Source: a virus
Strand: one strand, 5' to 3'
Virus record (IMG/VR): IMGVR_UViG_3300042868_004799
Span: 7,286-71,285 of that record
DNA: 64,000 nucleotides
The notes below the pieces were generated by a model. That model saw nothing but the letters and a program-made list of their open reading frames with translations, was not told where the DNA came from and made no database searches. Shown here piece after piece: positions 37,530-49,500 of the stretch. The position numbers and the translations under genes are program-made. Position 1 is the first letter of the stretch; every line of letters starts with the position of its first letter.

Positions 37530-40500
37530 ACGCTTTTTCCGCCTCGTATCTCATTCTGTTCTTGAGAACTTTTGCCAGTATAGTCCGAGGACTCGACTGG
37601 TCTTATTTTATATTGTATACCAACGCTTGAGAAAGTGCCTGTATCAGTTTTTGCATCAAACTCAAGGTCTTCACCGACAAAGTCGATAAAGAATCGTTTT
37701 CCACCATTGTCATCTATCGCTATAATCGCAAGCGAGTAGTCATCGGCAGATATTGGCAATATCACTCGACTTAGGCTATAAATAATGTAGACGCGACCTT
37801 TTCGCGGCCCAGACATAACCTCAAGTGCTGCCGGCTCCATGATGTAACTTCCAGACATTACAAAATACTCTAGGTCAGATATGTAACTAGAACCGCTAGA
37901 CTCTCCAGAAGAAGTCACAGGTGACTCGCTGAGATTATCCATGGTCCCGTCCCAGGTACGGGTGTGGATTTTCTTTAGCAGCTGACCAATCAAGACTCTT
38001 ATGGCCATCGGAAGATCGAGTGCCGTCATTTTTTTAAGTGCGGATAGTAAGCCGCCGTCTGGCAATTCCCCCGACAGGCCTTGCTCAATTAGCGCGTTAA
38101 GCTGCTCTTTGTATCTTTCTTCTAGTTCTTTTGATTCAGGCTGCTTAACGCCTACAGGAATCATCCATTGATCTTTTTCTTTAGCTACATCAATAAGTTC
38201 TTTAATACTGTCTGCTTTAGCTGGCTTCGGGACTACAATAGTTTGCTCGTACGGGTCGTACACCTGTGGCTCGGTGATGCGGTCGTGTATGTAGTAAAAT
38301 CCTGTAGGGTACCGAACAATAAGTCTGCTCATGTCTTCGTCTGCGACTACGGCTTTTGATCCTACTGGCGCCGGAAGGAACTTCATACCAGCAGAAAGCA
38401 GTGTCCCGGTGAGCTCGTGGAAGTCAACACCTGCATCGTCTGCAGTGTCGCTATTAGAAAGTTCTTTTATAGCGTCATCTAGGTCAGCGACTTCGTCAGG
38501 ATAGACTCCAATACCCGCGGACTGCTCGACCTGCCTGCGGTGCACGTTTCCGATTTCTATAACAAAATCTTCTATTGCTGTTTCTCCAATATTAGCTATT
38601 CCGCGATCTTTCAGCATCTTTATTAACGGTGCGCGGACCTCCATACCGACTGCTATGCGAGACGCGTCAGCAAGATCAAGTGTGTGCTTAAACAGTGTCT
38701 CGCTTGAGTTCACATTTATCGCGTCAAGTATGTCTCGGCCTTCAACACGTTTGCCGTAGTCGTCGTCATAGTTTGCGTACGCGCCTAGCTTTTTTAGAAG
38801 TTTTTTCGACTCAAACAGAATTTCGCCTGTAAAAATTCGTGTCGACGGCGTAGCGCCAGTGTAGACAAATTCATCCGCTGACGGGGTCGTAAACACGTAG
38901 TCCGCACTGCCATAACTAATATCTTGGGCCGACGACTGCCCTGATTCTTGATTTCCTTCAAATACTCTAGTAATAGTTGAGCGAAGTGCTGTACTTTCAA
39001 TAAAATCAGCTAAGTATTTGGTAGTGGCATCTATGACCGTTTGGCGAGGTAAGCCAGTTACAGAAGATGCTTGTTGTTCTTCCATGAGCGTAGCTCTGAC
39101 GTTGTAAAAGTTTATAACGTGCGTGAATGATGCGACGCCTGTTGTATCTGCCAGCGCTTCTCCTACAGCGTCTGGCATAACGTACGAAAGAACTCCAAGT
39201 CTGTCTGCTTCAACAGTGACGTCGTCGGCGGTGATCCCCCACTTGTCGGCAATTTGTTTGAGCAGCTCTGCTCTTTTACTGCTATCTCTTTCATACGTTG
39301 TCGCATCTGTCTGCTTGGCAAACAAGCTTAACATCTTATTTTCAACTAAGACTCGCAAGTCTTCTTTTGTGCTTGGCCGAGGATACCGCACGCCTACAGC
39401 CGTCATAGCGTCGATGATGTCTTGTTCAGTTGCACCGCGTGGAAGATCAATATGCACCATGCCGTCAAATGAATTGGCCCCAAGACCGAATTGGCCGTCG
39501 TCGTTTACGATTACGCTGATATTTACGTCGCTGTCTTTACTTGCAGTTGGCATCTCCATTTTGTACGTTTTTCCGGCCCATTTAATTGGCGATGACGAGA
39601 GCATTGGGTTTTGCATGTCAGGGTTGTACATCAGCTCATCGTCTATTACTACGTTGCCCTTATCGTCGATGCGGGCAGAAGGAACCTCAAGCGGGCCTTC
39701 TTCCCAACCAGCAAGTCCACTACTGGGGTCACGATTATCCTTAAAATCTTCAAGCGCCCAGTGCGTTAGCTTAAACCGAAGACGTACTCTGTTTTCTCCT
39801 GTCGCTTTGTCAATAATGCTATTGACTCTGACTTCGAGGTCTTCAATATCTTCACCGTCCGCAAGCGCTGAAAGCCCTACAACGTGGCCACGGTCTGGAG
39901 CTGACATCGTCTGGACCGCGGCCCTAAGTGATGGAATGCCTTCAACTATGGACGTGGAAAAGTCTATTTTTTCAGGAGCTTTTTCTATAGTAGTAGACTT
40001 TGCTACTGGCGGACTCCAAGGTTCATTTGGATCTATAGAATCTCTTGTCTGGTCAACGACTGCAACTCGCATAACGCGAATAGTTCCGTCAGCGTCCTCG
40101 ATTTTACTGATAACTCTGAATGTAGTACCTCTATCGAAAGTAACTTCGTGTTCATCAGCGTGGTCTGTGCCGCCGCCTAGATAGCCCGGCAGGTAAATAG
40201 CTCTTGTACCAGCGGGAGCTACAATCTCGAGAACAAGCTTCGGTGACTTCGTGCCCGGCACCCGATCTGCGTCGTGTGAAGACGCCCATTCTTCAGCTAT
40301 TGCCAGGTCGATTGTAGCAGATCCGTACGCGCTGTCTTGGAACAAATCGCCTACTTCATACGATCTCATCAACTCATCTGAATAGTCGCTGTGGATTCCT
40401 CTGTACAGGACCATGTCTTCTGGGATTGTAGGCGCTTTCTTAAATAGCATGTCCATGCTATAAATGTTTTCTATAATAAACTTAGCCTTTAGAGGCGATA

Positions 40501-43500
40501 TGACATCGTCTCCAGTTTCTTCTCTAGTGACTCTTATTTGATTACGAAGAAGTCCGTTAATAGTAAAGAAGTCGTCACCTTGGTATGCCCATATCCCGCT
40601 TGACGCACGCTCTTGTTCGTCTGTAACGTCTTCATTGATGAATGGGTCAACAGAAAACTTTAATTTACCGTAGTAGTCATCAAACAGCGCCTCGAGTTCA
40701 CGCCAGGTTTTAGGCGCCGGCATCACCTGCCATTGCGGATTGATGTTAGCAGCATCAACTTCTGATTCTTTTACTTTTTCGACGGGAGGTAGCTCAGGTT
40801 GAACTGCTATTGCTTCTACCTTGATCTTTTTTCTTCCGTCAGCCGCTGAGTCGTCTTTGCTGATCACTCTGAACTCAGTTCCGCGAGCCATTAAAAATTC
40901 GTCTTCTGGCATCTGGTCTGGGAACGCGACGCCTTCGCCGCCAAGAGCATCTGCTACATAAATTCCTTTTGTTCCAGGTGTGGCCACAATTTCAATTATG
41001 TAAAGATTATTGTTGGTGTTGTTTGGAAAACTTGACGCTCTGTTTTCAGAAGTAGTCGTAGATACATATGCAAGATCTCTATATGTATCTCCAACCTCAA
41101 GGCCATCGAAGAACTTAGATACGTCTTTCCCTCCGACTCCTCTATAGAATGTCGCAGGTATTCCAATTGGTTGCGCACCTTCGATTACGGCATCAATGCT
41201 GTCAATGTACGCTTTTGCTCGCGCTATTCCAGATTCGACAGGAAGATCGGCTTTAGCAAGATATTCTGCTGCTGCGGTTTCACCAGTACGAAGAAGCGTA
41301 TTGATGACTTCATACGCGCGTGTGTTCGCGTACGCGTCCAACGCTTCTGTTACTTCAGTCGCGTCAAGCTCTTCTGCTGCATCTTCTATTTCGCTTCCAG
41401 TGCTAAAGTCGATGCCTTCGCCCTGCTCTAAGATTGTAATTTTCCAGACTTGTTTTACACTTCCTTTGATTTGAGTTATTTCGTCAATTCTGTACTTAAT
41501 ACCTGCTGGAAGAAGAACTTCTTGTTCTGTACTTTGTGAAAGTTTTGCGCCTCGAACATTAGGCCCTAATGTAGTCACAAGTTGAATAGGCGCCCATTGC
41601 CCTACGCCGAGCGTATCCAATTCTCTAGGCGCGGTAGCGAACGACTGAAATGCGCGATCTGTGACAATGGATCCTTCTTCAAGATCTTCGGACCCATCCC
41701 AAGTACCAACGCCTCGATATAAAGTAAGCCCTTCTGGAAGCTTTGTCTCCATTAGGTAGCCTTGCATAGTCGGGTAGTGCTCTGATGCTGTTTTTTCTTC
41801 GTCTCTTAAGGATTGATTTATTGCGTCGGAGTACTTACCGGCGTAGGAATCCATTTGTATCCAAGAATATTCGTATTGTTTTTTCTTTGACGGTGGTTTA
41901 AGTACACCTGACAGCCAGTCGTATATGGCGGAGTACCATTCTGTAGTGCCTTCGACAAGTTTTTCTATATCCGCATCATCATCTGCATCACTATTGTTCT
42001 CTTTTGCATAGGCAAGAAAATCTTCAAAAGTTTCTGGAGTGTACAACGTAGTATCTGTCTCGTCAGCTTTTACAAGTTGCTGAATTTCAATTGATTTTTC
42101 TTCTGCTTCAGGAGATTCCGCTGCGCTACGCTGTTCGAGAACGATCTTCGTATATGTATGATCGGCGTCATACGGTTCACCGGTGTCTATGTTCCAACCT
42201 TTGCGCTTTTTTGTGACTTTTTCAACGCTGACAACTCTGTATCGTCCATTTTTAAGCAAAGCTTCATTTTCTGCCATTGCCGTAAAATCGCCAATTGCCA
42301 GACCTTCAGGGTCTGTAATAAACAATGCAACGTCGCCAATATTGCTAGGATCGCCGAAGCCTATAGCTGTAAACAGTCCGTCATCATCTGAAGTTCCACC
42401 GCCTTCGCCAAATTTGGCCCACGAACTTGGCCGCATTGATATTTCTTGCCCAACAGCGGTAAGAGCATGCAGTGGGTGTTCAGGGCTGTCGATGTCTACG
42501 TCTTCGAATGTAAGAGTTCTTACAAAAGTTCCGTCAAGTTTTCCAGCAAAAGACAACACATTCAAAAGTATTCCTGCTAAACTTCTGCTGTGCTCATTTT
42601 GAGTGCCATAGCCCACGTCTAATAAGCTAGGATCATTCATAATAGCCGCGTAGCTTCTCCAGAAGTTGTACAACGATTCGTGTATTTCCTGCACGTCCGT
42701 TAAGGATCCTGGACTTATCCCTGACAGATTTTCACTAGTGCGTTGTCCTCTGAATCTTTTGATTCTGGCTGCTATGCCTTCTTCGTTGTTTCTTGTCCCC
42801 GTATATGCAGCTCCACTAGAGTACGCAGCTATAGCTTGCGCAAACAAAACGCCAATCGCGTCTGCAAGTCTAAAGCGTGCGTCGCCGTCTTCATCGGTCT
42901 CAATTTCGACGCCTAGCAGAGTCCTGAGGCCACTTCCAGGTTTGTTGTAGGTCTCGAGAGGGTAGCTTATGTCGAACGTGCTATTTTGCGCAAACTCAGT
43001 TAAAAATTCTGCAAGATCCTTGTACCGCTTTTTTAGACTTGGTACAGTCTTGCCAGTTTTTGGAAAAGTGTACGTTTCTTCAAACTCTTTTTGCGGCAAT
43101 TCTTCAATGTATGTAGCCCAATTTTCATTGAATTTAGAACCGACAGTCTGGCTTCCACCTTCTCGCAGCAGTTCGACTAAAACTTCGTCAGGTGGAGTTC
43201 TATCAATTACAACAGCATCTGCTTCAGCGGGGTTTGACACCTCACTGCCTAGCTTGTTTACTGTTTCTGGAGAGTTGTCAACTTCAGGAACCGCCGGTGC
43301 TTTTGCTTTTTTGGTAAGCTTGGCTTTTATCAGCGTCATGCCATCGTCTCGTTGAGTCACCTCGACTATTGAGATTTCGGAATCTCTAGCAAGAAGTATT
43401 TCTTGCTGTCCGTCTATTCCCTCAACTTGCCAATTTTTATCTGCAAATTGGTCGTCTTCTGCTAAAGTGGCGTCGATCCCCGGTAAAAAATGAGGAATAC

Positions 43501-46500
43501 TTAAGAATTTTTCACCAGGTGGTATTTCAATTTCATAGACAACTTTCACATCTTCAGCGCCTAATCCATTGGCGACTTCGCCGTAAGTATAGTGCCTCTC
43601 AAGACGAGTAAAATCTTCTGCAACCAGCGGAGACAGTGACGTCGATAAATACCTTGGCGATTCAATAGTTTGCCCTACGCGCGGCGCCTTGTCTTTGCTA
43701 TATATTGTGCCCCGGTAGACTGTCACTGGAACGTCAAACTTTGGAGCTTGATCCATTATTTTGTCGATTTCTTCGACAAACTCTTGTATCCACTCCCTTT
43801 CTCCACCCTCAGGCTCCCACTCGCTGTCGCCTTCCTGCTCGGCCATTAGAAAGCCATTGATGTCCTCTGTGCCGTACGTTATGTAGTCTATAAGACCTTC
43901 AGACGGTAGGTTGCTAGATTTTTCTGTGAACCCAGCTAACTCATACGCTTTCGCTACTTGATCGAAGGTTACAGGCGACTCTGGCGCTGCTTCAGGAGCC
44001 TCGGTAGCCCCTTGCGGGGCTTCAGCTTTTGGGAGGTATGGTTCCCCTAGATAGTAGTTAAGTAAGATTTTTGCATCTTCAACATTAACTATTACTTCAG
44101 AGTCTAGTTTTAATGTCAGATACCTGACATTAGCCCCTTCGGCTTTCATCTCGTCGCTGAGAGCCTGTAGAAATGAGGGTGAAGTCGCGGAATCGTAGCC
44201 TTCATTTCCTGAAGATCTAATATCCTCATTAACTCTGTCTGCCGCTGCTGCTGCTTCAGCTTCTGTGACGCTACTAGTGCCGCCACCGTCATCGACCGGT
44301 TCGGGCGCTGGGGGTTCGACCCCACCGCCGCCTTCATCGTCTTCGCCGGTTTCATCTTTGCCAGCGTTTGGATTCAATGGGACCTTACTGGTAAGGCCTT
44401 CCTGCATTTTCTTATAGCCTTCGAGCTGCTCATCCAAGCGTGGTGGCGCTTTGTCCTTGCTCTTTGGATTGGCTTTTTCCTTGTCAGTGCGAGGATCTAC
44501 CCATGGAGCTTCGTCAGCTGTGATTGTTGTAAGTGTTCCTGGGCTACGAGGCATTCTTGCGACACCTGGACCCCAGTTACCCTTTGGAATTTTTTCAGGA
44601 TCGCGAGGATCAAGGTCAAAGCGGACTTTAACTGTAAGCCAGTCGTTCTTGTTGTATTCTTCAACAGTACCGGAGTAGCCGTTTTTGTCGCGAACGCGCA
44701 TTCCTGGTGTAAGGAACACGCCATCTTTGGAAACGCCTAGTGGGCGACCTTGATCGTCAACCTTGTCTGGTGGTGGAAGTTTTGGATTGACAGCGCGACC
44801 GTACATCGCCATGTCGATTTCTGACGCAATGTCACCAATCTGATCGCGAAGGACGTCTAAGTTGAGCGAGTCGTTGTTCTTCGAGCCAGGTACAAACGGC
44901 GGGATCAAACTTTCAAGATCAAGCAACTCATTTTGCGCTTGCTCAAGAGAAATCGATCCAGACTCGAGGCGAAGACGAATGTCAGCGACCTTGTCGCGAA
45001 TCGAGCGCGCAAGCGCCTTGTTGCTTTCCTTAAGCGTCTTCATTTCTGGGTCAGTGTCAACGAATGCTTGAAGCGCGTCAAACGCTGTAAGCATTCCTTC
45101 TGATGTTCCAGCAGGGGCAGCTTCGTCTGTCACTACTTCTGGTCCAGGGGCTGTTTCAGGCTCTTCTCCAGGTACGTCTGGAGTTGTTGACGGTGCCACT
45201 GGCGTTGGCGTTGGTTCGGTTTCTGGATCTGACGGAAGTTCAACAACCTCTGGCTCTGCAACTTGCTCTTCTTGCTCTGGTGCGGTAACACGACCAAACG
45301 TTTCTGGCAAGTTGTTTTGCCCAGTGATGACTGAATCTTCAGGATCACTATGGCGCTTGTTGCGAAGATCGCTAACGATTGAGTCAAGAAGTTCGCGTAC
45401 TTTTGGATTACGACCAATGAGGTCTGCCAAAGTCTTTTTAAGAGCTTCAATTGCCTTAGTTCCAACGCTACGACCGAAGTCATCAGCACCCTTGTCAGCA
45501 GCGTCTTGAATTGCGTAGAACACTTTGTCAAGTGCGCCATAGACACTGGTTTCATCTTTTGATGGACCTTCGTCAGACACAGCAGGCGGTGCTGGCGGCA
45601 CTTCTTCTCCGCCACCTTCTCCGCCAGCCTCTGGAGTTGGCGCTTCAGGAGTAGGCGTTTCTGTAGGCGCGTCTGGCTCAATGTTGGCAGCTGGCATTGG
45701 AATTGCTGAACTAGCAACATCGTCAGCGATAGTTTCCTCGGCGCTGGTTGCGACAGGGGCAAATGGCGACTCGTCTGCATCGTTTGTGAAGTCGTAAATC
45801 CAGCTAAGAGAGCCAGGGTCAAAAGCTAACTGAGCGCGAGTAGCTACAACGTAGGCAAGATGGATTTCTTCAACAGGAGGATAAATCATTTCTCCAGTTG
45901 TTTTGTCCTTGCGCGGGCCGCGGAAGTCGTTACTGGCGCGAACGTTGCCGAACTCGAGGCCTTTCATCTGGTGCGCAGTTGCGACTACGACATCGATTCC
46001 AGCCATTTCATCTGAAGCTTCTGCAGCTTCTGCAGCTTCTGCAGTTTTGCCGCCAGAAAGAAGATTCTTTAATTTTGTTAAAGCCTTGCGTGCTTCGGCA
46101 TCGTTTTTAGCTGGAAGTTTCCACTGCTTATTGGCAGCGTCCCATTTTGCGCCCGCTTTTTTGATTGTTTCTTTTGCCGCATATGTGCCATTGCCGCTGA
46201 TTGCCACTCCTGTTGGATCGACAGCAAACTGCAAGTCACTTGTAATATTTCCATACGCACCTGCAGACAGGTCATCTGGAAGATCGGAGGTTTCTTGCGG
46301 CCCACTCTTTATTTGCGCTTTCGCCTTGTCACCGAATACGCGAAGTTTTTTAATAACGTCGCGAAGACCTTGGACACCTTGCTCATCAACCATGTCGACA
46401 AGAATTGATGTTTTAACGCCGAGGTCACTGTCTTCGCCCTTGGCTGCTTCAGCTTCAACTTCGGCCCAGTCTTTGAATGGGCGCAAGTCGTTTGGCATGT

Positions 46501-49500
46501 TCGCAGGACGCTTTACGCCACTTGACATTCCACCGTTTTTCAGCCACTCGACAGAGTCGACGAAGTTCTTAATATCAGCCATGAAGTTTGCTGGTACGCC
46601 GACAACTTTGTCGTCGTCCATAAGACGAATCATGTCGATAAACGCGCCGGCGTTTGATCTTGCGATAATTGCATCGGGATTTTCCATTGTTCCTGGAGAA
46701 AGAACTTGACCTTCAGCGCCGCGGCCTAAACCACGATTAACATTTTTGTAGCCAAGTACCTTTTCTTTGAAAGCAAGGAACCTGTTTGCGAATCCGCCAA
46801 TTTCTGGACCGTATCGCCAAGACTCTGTCAGTGGCAATCTGTGCGGAGCATCAAATGTTTGCAATTGGTCCTTAGCGCCCATGAACTGGTAAATTGCCTG
46901 CTCAGGGTCACCAACAAGTACAGCTTGAACGTTTTGACTTCTTATCACGGTGCCAAGAACATCGTTTGTGTCTTGTGCCTCGTCAAGGAACACCAAGTCT
47001 ACAGGCGCATTGATTCCTGATGCTGTGTCAGAAAAATCTGGCTTGCTAAGCGACCAGATTTTTTTCATTTCACCAAATGAGAATGGAAGCTGGCCTTTTG
47101 GATTAAAGATGTCGTCGATCCATGCTTTTGCTGATGCCTGTAAATCAGGTGTTACTGCATCATCAGGGAAGTGCTCAAGAAGATGTACGTCAGAGAATGA
47201 CTCATCTGCACTTGTAAGGTAGCTGTAGATAGCCTTACGAAGAAGAGCTGCAACCTCATACGGCTTAAGTGTCTCATCGTCAAGAGTTATTGATGGCACA
47301 TTTAGATACTTTGCAATATCGACGTTGCTGTACATCGCAGTGTCTTTTTGCGCAAATTTCTTAAATAGTTCAGGACGCTGTGTCTTGACAAAAGAATACG
47401 CAACAGAGTCAGCAGTGCGGACTTCTACGTTTGCTGGCATTTTTCCACGAGCTTCTTCTGCTGCATTGCGGTTAAACGCCATGTACAAAATTCTCTTCTT
47501 TGGGAAGAGCTTCTGAATTACACGAGCGGCAAGATTCAGCGTCGTTGTCTTACCCGTACCAGCCTTAGCGAGAACTACTACGTCGTCGCCAGACAAGATA
47601 CCGCGAACAACGTTGCGCTGTTGCGCAGTTGGTTGGAACTTTTCTTTGCTGTAGAGTTCTGCTTCGTCTATGCCGTCAGGTAGCGGGATCAGCTCTTCAT
47701 CACGGTCGTCACTGCCGCGATCAGGAAGCGGGCTTCCGCTACTTCCGTCAATCGCACCTGAAGAAATTCCATCTGGGTCTACGAAGTCTGAAGCGTCAGG
47801 AATCGAGCGACTAATGATTTCATCAATCGTTGGAACGCTACAGCTGTCATCGTCGCCTGCGGCCGCAAGTAACGCAGCGGAGCTCACGATGTTTCCGCCA
47901 CCCTTACAGTTCCATGCAGCAGCGATAGCTTTCTTTGTCTCGTAGTCGAGAAGATCGGCTGTATACTTGTCAACCGCGCTATCAAAGTTTTGTTTCTTCG
48001 CGTCGTACTCTGCACCCTCAGCAGCAAGATCAGAAAGTGGCTTGCCTTGTTCGCTAATATGGTCAAGAAGTGCTGGAATAAGTCGAGCAACAGTATATGC
48101 GTCTGCATCAGCTGTGTGCCATCCGTTAGATTCGCCAGCTTCTACAACTGGAAGATTTGCGCGTTCTTCAGGAGTCATCCACTCGGGGAGCGGTGCCATT
48201 GCATCTTCAGATGTCGCTGGAGCTGCAATGTTAATTCCAAAGAAGTCTGCCAAAGCTCCGAGCGTGTGACGCTCTGGTCCATTAGGATCTGGCTTTACTT
48301 TTTGGCTACGCGATGGGATCAGTTGTTGAGCAAGTTTAAGCGTGTCAATGACACCGCCGTTCTGATATTCAATTCCAGCGCCTTCAAGCGCGCTATTGAA
48401 AACGCCCATATCGAATGGTGCGTTGTGAGCTGCAAAAACTGCGCCCGGTCCCGCCCACTCAACGAAGCTGCTGTGAGCACCTGCTTTTGGAATGCTGTCT
48501 TGAAGAGTCGCATCTGTGAGCGGGTTGCCATCTTCATCTTTAAGGTTTTCGCGAGCCCAGAGTCCAAGCGGTTCGCCTGGATTCATAAACATGTTGAAGT
48601 AGTCAACAGGCTTTCCGTCTCGTATACGGACTGCACCGATTGACACAGGCTGGTTTGTGCTGAAGTCACCCTTGTCACGATCTGGGAATCCAGTTGTTTC
48701 ATAGTCAAAGACAATGATGTCTTTGCCGCGAAGGCGTTCTTTGACATCTTCCCAAGACGTAGCTCCATCAAGCAGTGACGCAATTGGTCCAGTGAACGCC
48801 GGTGGCTTTGGAGCGTATGGTGCTTTAGGACGATGAAGCGCTGGCTGCGTTCCCATTTCTGGAACTTTTCCACCGCGAACAGCAGAGATTTCTGTGTTTT
48901 CGTTCCACTCTTTGCGCTGAAGTTCGTGTCCTGGGTAGTAACCCTCGACACTGACCTTGCCCTTAGGTGTCTCACTGTCACGGAAGATACGAGAAATTGT
49001 GAATGAATCGCCTGCTGTAATGTCTCCAGGTTGAAGGTCTTGCGCTGCAAATCCCATGCTTTGCGCAAGTGACGTTGGCTCGCCTAAGATGTCACTATCA
49101 GCAGCTTCTTTATCAAGACCTGTTTTTGCCAAGATGTAGTCGCGGCGACGCTTAAGTGTTTCCTTAAGGAATTCAGCTTCTTTTTTGTCAGTAATGACGC
49201 TATCGACGATTTCATCAATACGTCCTGGTGTGATGTTTAGCAGACGACGAGCGCTGTTTTTGAGCTGCTCATCCGTCATGCTTCCAAACACTTCAGCAGA
49301 CGCTGGGATTCTTGCAAGAAGCTTGTCACGCATGTTGTCAAACTCGAACGCATCATCTCCGAACCAGTCTTTTGGTCCACCAGTTGCGCGCCACATGAGC
49401 GCACCGCCTGGATCGAGACGAACGGCGTTGCCTTCGTTATCTGTTACGATGTTGTCGTAGTTAAGACCTGTGACGTCGTAGTTAGACAGCCACGCGTCTA

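Noticed and set aside
39123-40184. 353-aa plus-strand ORF and other long antisense ORFs (e.g. 45903-46709, 50730-51386, 20427-21053)
   Set aside because: They are shadows of well-supported minus-strand genes, Ser-rich and without motifs, as expected from antisense codon bias.
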